Positions 53,876 through 64,000 of a stretch of DNA of 64,000 nt are shown here, piece by piece. The notes under the pieces are model-generated. The model was not told the DNA's origin. It did not search any database and was given only the letters and a program-made list of their open reading frames with translations. The position numbers and the translations under genes were made by a program. Source of the DNA: Marsupella aquatica (taxonomy: Eukaryota; Plantae; Marchantiophyta); the NCBI GenBank assembly GCA_973895155.1, contig OZ316893.1, positions 12,230,359 to 12,294,358 on the forward strand. Direction: 5' to 3'. Positions within the stretch are counted from its first letter, which is position 1; the number at the start of each line of letters is the position of its first letter.

Positions 53876-55214
53876 TAGTTACCCTTGGAAATATTATAAT
53901 GGATTAACTAGTAAAACATGCAAGCTGGGAAGCAATGGGGAACCATTGGCTAAATGACACTAAGAGAAAATATCTCTTTTTGAATTATAAGTGACCTAGC
54001 AATACTTCAGTTGTTAGTGGCCTATAGGTGTCATGCTAATTACAAGAGATTTAATCCCAAGATTTTTATAGATTACATAAAGACATGTTAGTGACTAGTC
54101 AAACACTGAATCATGTAAATGTTAGTGACTAGTCAAAAAGTCACTCATGTGACCATGGTAGGTGAGTCCTAAGGAAGTCATATAAATAGCAGAAGTAGAC
54201 TTTAGTTGCAAGACATCAGTATACCTTACACCCATTTCATGCAAACTAATTTAGACTACACATTTTTTCATGTACACTTGTGAAATAGTGTTTGAATTAT
54301 TTGTATACCAACACTATATATAATCACAACATTTAGTGTTATATCCATTGCTTTTCTAGGTCCACAGGCATAACAAAGTTACAACTTGAGAATTCCTCCA
54401 AGCACTATTCTTCCTCCTTCAACTTCTTCCCTCCTTTTGTATTTCAAACTTGTCTTTCTCAATGAATGTATTGCTCACTATGTTAGGGTACAAGGCCTTG
54501 GAGGCAGTTTCATTGTTTTTTCACCAGAGCTAATTAATCTATCAGCCATGTAACATCCTAAAGCTAGATAGTGTACCAGGGCTCAAAAGGAAAGTCTAGA
54601 ATTATTTCGTGGTCGCTCGTTTATTCAGAATTTATGCAGGTCTTTAGTGGAGTCTTCTCTATCTAATCACAGTTCACGTGCTTTTGATTCAAGGTAAGAT
54701 CCATCCAAAATGTTCCTTTCTTAATGCCCTTTGCAAGTTTTCCATTTGTATTTTTCAGGACATTCTTGGAGCATTATGCCCACCACAAGATCTGGATCAC
54801 CTCTTGAGTAAGATTGTCCATTACTTTCACTAAATCAAGAAAAAATAAAATCTCTCAAGCCTTCAATATAATAAGGTTTTATTTGCTAGACCATTAGGGA
54901 AACAACCCCTGCAAATGCAAGCTAAAGCTCTCATTTTTTGGTCATATTCCATAATGCCAACTAAACATGACTTTACTACATACTTCTAAAGTCTATTTTT
55001 TGCCTTCAATATTGTGTTTGGTTTTTTATGGTTTACTGGATTTTAATGATCCATGCTCCATATTTTTCAATATGGATGCTAAGGCCAGTTGTTCTTGAAT
55101 ATTTTCCAGAAAAGTTGACATTATTTGCTCAATAATCTTGGAAACTTTTAGTCAATTTTATCAATGCATATGTAGTCGTATAAAATTCAGGAGTCGTAGT
55201 GTTTCTTAAGTCAA

Positions 55215-56130
55215 ATTTTGATTCTAAGCTTGGTTTCCCTGAAACTTTGTCAACATAGTCGTGGCTCTTTTTTCCAAAATCTGGCAAAGTTTGAGTGCAT
55301 TCCATGCAGCAAATGTTGCCCTATAAAATTTGAGCAACTCGCAGCTTTTTTTAGGTCAAATTTTATCGAGTTCATATCTCTTGATCGTTTTGTTTTTTCA
55401 ATTTCGATTCTGAACTCGGTTTTCCCTGAAACTTTGCCAGCACAGTCGTGACTCTTTCTTTTAAAATCTGGTAAAGTTTGAGTGCATTCTGTGCAGCAAA
55501 TGTTGCCCTACGAAATTCGAGCAACTCGCAGCTATTTTTAGGTCAAATTTTATCGAGTTTGTATCTCTTGATTGTTTTGTTTTTTCAATTTCAATTCTGA
55601 GCTCGGTTTTCCCTGAAACTTTGCCAGCACGGTCGTGACTCTTTCTTCTAAAATCTGGCAAAGTTTGAGTGCATTCTGTGCAGCAAATGTTGCCCTACGA
55701 AATTCGAGCAACTCGCAGCTTTTTTTAGGTCAAATTTTTTCGAGTTCGTATCTCTTGATCGTTTTGTTTTTTCAGTTTCAATTCTGAGTTCGGTTTTCCC
55801 TGAAACTTTGTCAGCACGGTCGTGACTCTTTCTTCTAAGATCTGGCAAAGTTTGAGTGCATCCTGTGCAACAAATGTTGCCCTACGAAATTCGAGCAACT
55901 CGCAACTTTTTTTAGGTCAAATTTTGTCGAGTTTGTATCTCTTGATCGTTTTGTTTTTTCAGTTTCGATTCTGAGCTCGGTTTTCCTTGAAACTTTGCCA
56001 GCACAGTCGTGACTCTTTCTTCTAAGATCTGGCAAAGTTGGAGTGCATTCTATGCAGCAAATGTTGCCCTACAAAATTTGAGCAACTCGCAGCATTTTTT
56101 AGGTGTCATTTTTTGGCAAAGTTTGAGTGC
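55215..56130 (+). repeat. 187-bp tandem array (about 4.5 well-conserved copies)
   Basis: Near-identical ORFs recur at 55461, 55648 and 55835 (period 187). Unit: tctggcaaagtttgagtgcatt..gcagcaaatgttgccctac.aaatt.gagcaactcgcagc...ctgaaactttgccagcac.gtcgtgactctt. Confidence 0.95.
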
Positions 56131-57072
56131 ATTTCATCATGAGAATGCTGCCCTAGAAAATCTGAGAGAGTGACAGGTTTCCTTAGGTCCAATACTATCG
56201 ATTTCAATCTCCCGATCACCATGGCGTTTGACAAGACCACCACCATTGTTGATGTGGATGTTCTATTCACAATCTTCAATGGAGAAAGATTTGTAAGTGA
56301 AATAATGCTTTCTGAATTTATCTCTTTGGATTAGGTTGTGTTATTTCAGTTTGTTTGTCCATGAGCTCATTATGCCCTGTCTGTTACAAGTCGCTTTTAC
56401 AGATGCAACGTTGACTCTAAAATCAAGTCTCCCATTGCTAAGTTCATGCACTGGATGACACCCTACTTGATACACCGTATCTTCAATTTTTAGGTATGTT
56501 ACATACTACCATAGGAGAAATCTTTGTGATTCACATTTTGTATGGTGGGCTAATGTTAGCTTTGAATGTGGCTGCTTGCCGTCCAACATAATTTTTGAAC
56601 TCGGATGACAAGAATTCATTCTAAATTTAAGCTTTTTCCTAGGTCATAGTCTTTCTATTGCACATAGTTTGACAAATCATTGAGAATTTAAATCATTTTA
56701 CAGGTTACTCAATATGGAAGGACTGAAAGACAAAATAAAAAAAAGAAGAAGTGAGACTCCAATTCTAAAGGTAAGATATTTTCTCACTACTAATATACTT
56801 TGAGATCATAAAATGTTTGGAATATATTTGAAACCAGTACACATTTTGTGAGGCCAATTCATTGTCAGGTGAATATATTGATCGTTGACCTACTGGGGGG
56901 GCGTGACTTCCCGTATAGTGGAAGAAACCTCATTATCCGGTGGCCGATACAGTCTATATTCTATGGCTGTGTTTTGTGTCCGAAATGTTTAGCATATATT
57001 TGATACTCATCGTAGGTTTATATTTGTTATTATTACTGCAAATTTAAGATGAAACTCGTTTTTCTTTTATAG

Positions 57073-58413
57073 GGCAAAAAAATAGTGAAGGTATCTTCCG
57101 AGAGGTTCTCTGCAGCATCTCTTTATTTCTGTGAAATCATCAAGCTTGCTCAAAAAGCTGGCGGGAAAGCAGGACATTTTCATACTAAAATTCTCTATAA
57201 GTGGTAGTTAGGCGAATACTATCTTTTCGAATATGGAGTACAGATATTATCCGAGGGAAACCTAAAAGGAAATCAGTCAACCTTTTTTGATGGTTTTCAC
57301 AGTTTAAGAAGAGATGGAAGTTGGATTGCTTGGTTTGATGAAAAATAATGGAGTAGCATCAATCATATGATAATGAATCGTTACAATCTATCATCTGTTG
57401 GGAGAGGCTTATCAGATCGGATATAGAAGTTCCGAACTGATCCAGACATGTATCTAAGAAGTAAGAAAGATCATTACCAGAAATTTGAAAAATCCCGTAT
57501 AAAGTTTACAAATTTCACCAAGAAATCTTTCGATTTTGTTGGTAGATTTTCCTCCAGCTATTTGATTGAGGAAGATTTGGAAACACCTTGGGCAAATCGA
57601 ATTATAGTCTGGAGACCGATGATCGAGCCTTTCTACAAGATGAATATTTCATCAAGAGTGGAGATTTGGATGGATGGTGATGAAATCATTGGAGGTCGGA
57701 TGAAAGGAGGTGTTCCAGAGAAAGATAGATCTTTTGTTCAGTTGTTTGTGGAAGAAATATGGAATAATAAATATACAGTGAAGAGGTCAGATACACGATC
57801 TGCATTGAAAAATGTCATGAGGGCAATTGGCCCATTAGTGAACTGGCGAGAAGGGAAAGGTAATCATTTTGTGAGCTTCTACCGTAACAAGTTGAAGATA
57901 TCACAAACACAGGATCCTACTGTGGTTCAATTAGAATTGCTCTATGAGCAATGTGCACATCGATTACTGTTTGAAATTATTTTTGTTCTTTTCTGTGAAC
58001 ACTTTTGGCCAGTGGTGGAGAGTTTTATTGAGATTATGCCTCCAATGATGGAACTTAGCAGTGAGCTTTTGGCTTGTTTTTCAAAGCCTGAACTCATGAA
58101 AAAAGCCATTCATGCATATCCTTTATTCATCACAAAGGATTATTGCAATGAAGTTCATACAGATGTAGATGAAAGCGAGTTTACAATGTTCATGGCATGT
58201 AATCCATCGAATGAAAGTAGAGGTGGAGATTTAGTGATGCTAAAATATGGAATTAAAATTCCAATTTTAGATGGAGATTTGTTTTTTGTTCGGGGTCAAG
58301 ATCCTCATGCTACATCGTATAGAAGTCCACCAATGAAACCAGTATATGTAGTTGGAATTGCCGTAAACCAAAAACTTGGCAATGCTTATGAGTTTCAAGG
58401 TGAAAATAATTAA
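57073..58413 (+). pseudogene. Fe(II)/2OG dioxygenase-fold gene, TET/JBP-like. ORF 57448-58413 is open; the same frame extends back to a splice acceptor at about 57072 through three stops.
   Basis: C-terminal double-stranded beta-helix pattern CNEVHTDVDESEFTMFMAC...RGGDLVMLKYGIKIPILDGDLFFVRGQDPHAT (HxD...H triad, GG-L and GD motifs). In-frame stops at 57205, 57346 and 57424. Short candidate exons lie upstream from ATG 56221. Confidence 0.65.
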
Positions 58414-58854
58414 ATAAATTTTGTGATACACTAAGATTAGCTGTGCGGGTTTTCTTTTGGTCTATTTTTTGTTTATTATTATGGTGGATTTGGTTATAAT
58501 GGTGTACTATATAATTATATCCTCATGCTAAAGTTTTTAGTTTATCTTCTTGTTATAGAATTTTTGTTCATTGGTGCTTGTGGCTGTAATATGACTTGTG
58601 AGTTTTTAATAGGTTCAAGAAAGCCAATGAAAATTTTGAAAATGTCATCTGCTTCCAAATTGGGAATCATCAACAATTGTTTATGAACAGGCAGCGTTGG
58701 GGCCAAGCTTACAAGAGCAATAGTCCATTGTTGTAGAAAACAAAAATTGAGTGACTACTGTTATTTGTATTTGTATATGGTTGCAGGTGTTAAAATTGTT
58801 AGTTGATGAAACTGTGGAGTATAATCTATACTCAACCCACGCTGGACAATCAAT

Positions 58855-60520
58855 ATGAATGATCCAGATTTTCAACAGTATACAGATGTAAAAAGAGCTC
58901 TCGACCTAGGGTACACTATGAATGAATGTGCAGATGCACTTGGTGTACATAGAGTGACTCTATGGAAATGCCTCAAAAACTTTGATATTGAGCATAGAAT
59001 ATATCCCCGATATACTTTAGAAGATGTTTGCTCTCTTATTACTGAGATTGTACCAATCCATGGATATGCTGAAGATTGGGGAATACGTTTCGTTAGAGCA
59101 CGTTTAAAAAGGGCTGGTTATAAAATCTCACTAGCACTTGTCAGAAATGCTTTGGACACATTACTTCCTGGTGTACTTGAAGGAAGGGCACGAAGATGCA
59201 TCATAAGAAGATTTTATGATGTAATTGAGCCAATGCATCTGTGGCATATGGATTGTAAGTAAAACATCTATGTCTCTTCTAAATTTTCCCTACTTTTAAT
59301 TTGAAGTTAACTTTAGAATAGATCCTCAATACTAATAGATTGTTTGGAAATTGAATGCAGCATATGATAAATTGATGCAATGGGGATTCAGAATTCATGG
59401 TGCAATTGATGGGGCTACACACTTTGTTCCATGGATGCATGTGGCATTGAACAAGAAAGCGCAGACTCTATATGTGGGATATAAGACAGCCATACTTAGA
59501 TTCGGTCATCCATTGATGATTCGTTCTGATTATGCAACAGAGCATGTTTTGGTAAGAAGAAACCTTGAAAGAGCAAGACCAAACACAAATTGTTTTCGCA
59601 CGGGGTCTTCTGTTCATAATCAGGTAATGTTTCTGATTAAAATATATAGAGTGGTTCATTTCATATTTCATGTCATCAATTGCAGCTTGGAAATTCTGTA
59701 AATTTGAAATCAATTTTGTGCAGGTACTTATATTTGTATCCTATCATATGTTTTGGCAGAGAATTGAGGCATTTTGGAACTACATGAAACAAAAAGGAAC
59801 TAATCACTTCAAGAAGACTTTATATGACTTATCATGTGTGGAAGGATTTTTACAAATTGATATCCCACTTCATAGATATTGTATGGTTACTGTGATTCTT
59901 CCTTTACTGCAAGAGGCTGTAAATGATGTGGTTTTAACATGGAATGCACATACTGTGAGAGTTGTGCGGACTGGAGGTATGTTGAGACCATCACATATTC
60001 CAGAACTTGTATTTCAATCACAAGAAAGAGAAGCTAGAATTATTCAGCCTCCACCTTATGCCGAAGAAGCTCAGGTGGATATCGAACAAGAAGATGACAT
60101 CATCGATCCAATGGGAATTGATTATTGGAATCACAACAATGATCGTGGAAACTTTGAAGATCGCATAAACGATTTGAATGATGAAGTAAACATTGTTTTG
60201 TATTATTATTAATGTTCATGTGAATTATGAAATGATGATATAAGAAATACTTTTGTTTATATGCCCTTATTCATGTTTTATTTCTTTTGCAGAATTTACA
60301 ATACATTCGTGATATTGCATATGAAAGAAACCAAGTGAGAGTCACAATTGCAAAAGACAAATTGCGAATGCATCTTCTTCTTTCTATAGAGTGTCAAAAT
60401 AGTATGGACGCTTCATTGGACTTGGAGGACTATGTACAAAATGAATTAGGGCTACCTAATTTGTCAGATGGTAGATTATGGGCCTTAAGATCCTTGCAAC
60501 AAACATTACAGATTATATGA
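58855..60520 (+). CDS. IS3-like (IS3EU-type) HTH + DDE transposase, 4 exons (58855-59254, 59361-59623, 59760-60185, 60293-60520), 438 aa
   Basis: HTH GYTMNECADALGVHRVTLWKCL; second HTH WGIRFVRARLKRAGYKIS..VRNAL. Spliced core: RRFYDVIEPMHLWHMDSYDKLMQWGFRIHGAIDG...GHPLMIRSDYATEH...GSSVHNQRIEAFW...WNAH. All three GT-AG introns are phase-consistent and there is no internal stop. Confidence 0.9.
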
Positions 60521-60639
60521 CTGACACAATATGTGAGGTAATATAATAGTTTACCAGTGACACAAACACTTCTTCTTGAGGCTTTAGCAATATTCGAAGA
60601 AATTATTTTCTAGTCTATTGGCTTGAGAGATATTTGTTC

Positions 60640-63020
60640 AAGTTTTGAGCCCATAATTTTGCTCTCATCCTAGTATTTAACCTAGCTTTGGACCCTTGTC
60701 TGAAAATGCCAATAATTAAATCCTTGATTTTTTTCATAAATTTGCATCCAAGACTAAGCATGCTTGGTATTTTGATTCCAAATCCACTCTCACATTGTTG
60801 GTTTGAAATCTCCTTGGCCAGTTGTAGTGGGGCAAGTTTGATTCAAGTCCTTTGTATTTTGTTATAATGGTCCTCCTATTTACCCTAACTTTGGACCCTA
60901 ACTAGCTTGTCTCAAAAAAATGCCAAGAACAAATCCTCAATATTTTGTTGTGTATTTATAGCATAGACTGAGCCCAATCAATATTGTGATTCAAAATCCA
61001 CTTACACTTTGAAGGTTAAATCTTTCCTAATGGTGGTGGTGGAGCAAGTTTGTGATCTACCTTTGTATTTTTTGTCATGGTAGTCCCATTTACCCTACCT
61101 TTGGACCCTTGACTTAGACAATGTCAATAAATAAATCTTCATTAATGTAATGTGTATTTACACCCTAGACTAAGCCCAGGACCAAGCTTGACCTGGTGAT
61201 TCCAACTTTGCTCTCACTTTGTGGGTTCCATCTTTCTTTGCTCACTTGTGTGGTGGAGCTATTTTCTTTATTGTCCTAAGTTGTATTTTTGTTATTTACT
61301 CGCAGTGACCCTAGCTTTAGACCCAACCCAGCTTGTCTGAAGAAACCAGATCCTTATAACTTGTTTATGTTGTACACCCTCCATTACAATGATTGTTGTC
61401 ATTGGACAAGCTCTCATTTTGTTGGTTTCACCTTTTTTAAGTCACTTCTATAGTGGAGCAAGAGTATTCAAGTCATTTCTATATTTTGCTCCAGGAGAGT
61501 TTATTGTCCTTTAGGCCCTTGTATCAAAATGCCAAACGTCAAATCCTCATAATTTTGTCACAAGTTCACACCCTGGACTAAGCATGGTATTTTCATTCAT
61601 AATTTGCCTGTCACATTGCTGGTTTGACATTTTCTTGGTCAGTTGTGTGGTGGATCAAGTTTGTTCTCATCCTTTGTATTTTGGATATGATCTTCTCATT
61701 TACCCTACCTTTAGACCTTGATTGAGAAAAATCCCAAGATACAAATCCCCATAATTTTGTTGAGTATTTACACCCTTAGTAGACTGAGCCTGGCTTGGGT
61801 CATTCCAAATCCACTCTCACTTTGCTGGTTCAGCATTTTCTTGGCCAGTTATGTACCATGACAATATACACAGTACCATGACAAGTATACAATAAATGGA
61901 GAAATTTACTTGTCATGGTCTTGGCCAGTTATGTACCATGACAAGTATACAAAGTTAGGGTTAAATGGGAAGACCATGACAAGTAAATTTCTCCATTTAT
62001 TTACACCTTTGATTGAGTCTGGTTTGGTGATCTCAAACCCACTTTTATTTTGCTGGTTGCACATTTTCTTGGGCAGTTGTGGGATGGAGCTCGCTTATTT
62101 AAGTCCTTGGTATTTGTGTTATGGTTCTCCCATTTACCCTACTTGACTTTGGGCCTTTGTCATAGAAAAATGCCAAGAAACAAATGCTCATGGTTTTTTT
62201 TTTTGCATTTACACCTCATGCTCATAATGTGAATCAAAATCAGTTCTCGTTGATTTCATTTTTCCTTAGTTAGCTATGTGAGGGAGCAAGTTTGTTCACG
62301 TTCTTTGTATTTTGGTGAATGATGATCCTTCCATTTACCCCACTTAACTTTGGAGCCTTGTCTAAGAAAAATGCCAAGAAACAAATTCACATGATTTCTT
62401 TGTGTATTTACCCCTAAGGCTAAGCCTGATATTGTGATTTGAAATGTGCTCTCACTTTATTGGTTTCATTTTTCATAAGTCAGTTGTGTAGGGGAGAAAG
62501 TCATTTGTATTTGGTTAATATGAGCTTCCCATTTACCTTAGCTTTGGATCTTTCTTTCAAAAAAATGTCAAGAAGCAAATTAACATAACTTTTTACACCC
62601 TAGATTTAGTGGGCCTTGGTGATTCCAAATTTGTTCCCACTTTGCTGTCAGTTTGGCCAATTGTGTGGTGGTGCAGGTCAATTCAAGTCCTTTGCATTTT
62701 TGTTGTGCTCTTCCCATTTACCCTAGCTGTGGACCATTGTCTTAATAAAATGCTGAGAAACAAATCGTCATATTTTCTTTGTGTATTTACACCATAGAGC
62801 GATACCCAAATGTGTTCAAGTTATTTGTATTTCTAAACAGTGTTGGTATTTACTCTAGTCTGGACCCCTTTGAAAGAAATTGCCAAATAATAAATGCTGA
62901 TAGTTTCTTTGTGTATTTTTTAAGAGACACAGCATGACCGACCTTGTGATCGCAAATTGGTCCTGACTTTGGTGGTTCTACCTTTCCTTGAACTGTTGTT
63001 GTTGTGGAGCAAGTATGTTG
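60640..63020 (+). repeat. Degenerate tandem array of about 200-230-bp units (about 11 copies) in the right subterminal region
   Basis: Recurring tttacccta(g/c)ctttggacccttgtc..aaatgccaa.aa.caaatcc..tgtatttacacc..gactaagc..gtgattccaaatccactctcac..gtggagcaagtttg. Confidence 0.85.
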
Positions 63021-63952
63021 AAGCCTTAGTTACGCCTTTTTTTCTATGGTGATGGTTAGTCATAAAATATGGTTAAGGTTAATATTTACAAAACTAACTT
63101 ATTTATCAATTAGTTATGAATTAAAGTGTCAATGGACCAGGGTAGTATGGACAAAGTATCATGAGGGTTTGATGTGAAGGGGGTTCCAAGAAACACAGAT
63201 AGATAGCGATAGACCACATTATCCTTACCAGAATAAAAGTTATTTTTTTAATAAAATGAGTTAAGTTCATATAGTCATCTGGGCATTTTGTTAAGCATTT
63301 AAGTGCATGAGTTTTAATTAGTTCCTATTTATTCCCTATTTAGAAATTGGATAATCGGTTTTTCAATGTGTACAGTAGTTTGTTCAATGAATCACTTCCC
63401 CCCCCCCCAAAAAAAAAAAAAAACTCCCGCTTGAAAACTATTGCATGTTTCTCTCTTGAGAATGAAAACCATTTTTTAGTTCTCTAAAATAAAATAAAAC
63501 CTTGGTGGTGGTGTATATTTTGTGTGTTATTTTTTCTGGATGTGCATTGTTTTTTGGGGTGACTTTTCCTGGAGAAGGTATTTTTTCCGTGAAATTTGTT
63601 CTCCCTTCAAAATGCTCCATTTTTGTTATTCCCCTAACTATCATTTGGAGTAAAACCTTTTACTTTCTCCAATATCTCAAAATGAATTTTCTCTGTAGAA
63701 TATTTTGAATTTTTTTACTCTTTATTGAATGCTTCAAATATTTCTCACCTTATGTTATTTCCAATTTTTTCCAATGTTGTGTTTGAGAAGAAAAATTATA
63801 ATTACACTATGTAGTGACCCATTTGATTATTTTTACGCATTACTAGTTATGTAATTCTGTTTTTCTCCCTTTATCTTTCCAGTTCCGAATCCTCTCTTTT
63901 CAGACTCTTTTCCGCAGATATTTTCTCTCGGTTCAACTTTTTAGCAGATTTT

Positions 63953-63978
63953 CTCCCCGCAACATTTCAAACACCGTA
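63953..63978 (-). repeat. Right terminal inverted repeat
   Basis: ctccccgcaacatttcaaacaccgta, the reverse complement of the left TIR with one mismatch. Confidence 0.93.
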
Positions 63979-64000
63979 CCCAATTACATGGTTCTCGTCT

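Larger units (their letters stand above)
35470..63978 (+). mobile_element. Large IS3EU-like DNA transposon (28.5 kb including nested insertions; about 22 kb without the copia)
   Basis: 26-bp TIRs with one mismatch, TACGG...CCGTA termini, CCCAATT on both flanks (35463-35469 and 63979-63985), and an internal IS3-like DDE transposase gene. Confidence 0.9.

Noticed and set aside
55461-56035. Three near-identical 66-aa ORFs as a peptide gene cluster
   Set aside because: They follow from the 187-bp tandem repeat, use non-ATG starts and shift frame with each unit.
58855-60520. Bacterial IS3/IS481 contamination or a retroviral-type integrase
   Set aside because: It has three spliceosomal introns, no RT or gag nearby in that unit, and it is enclosed by TIRs continuous with plant sequence.

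Overview
This is eukaryotic nuclear DNA from a land plant, most likely a bryophyte (inferred from protein style and GT-AG introns). Three host genes are present: a 4-exon KEOPS subunit PCC1 (minus strand, missed by the ORF track), 26S proteasome lid subunit RPN6 (plus) and an ARID/ELM2/SANT chromatin gene (minus). They sit among Helitron-like ends, a TA-flanked TIR element and tandem arrays. The right 45% of the window (35470-63978, 28.5 kb) is one complete DNA transposon. It has 26-bp terminal inverted repeats beginning TACGG, a 7-bp target duplication (CCCAATT), and a reconstructable empty site. It encodes a spliced IS3-like HTH+DDE transposase (IS3EU-type), a multi-exon HECT E3 ubiquitin ligase and a TET/JBP-like Fe(II) dioxygenase. 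A very young Ty1/copia element has inserted into a HECT exon. This cargo-laden IS3EU-like element in a land plant is the main candidate novelty. All family assignments are by motif recognition only; no searches were run.
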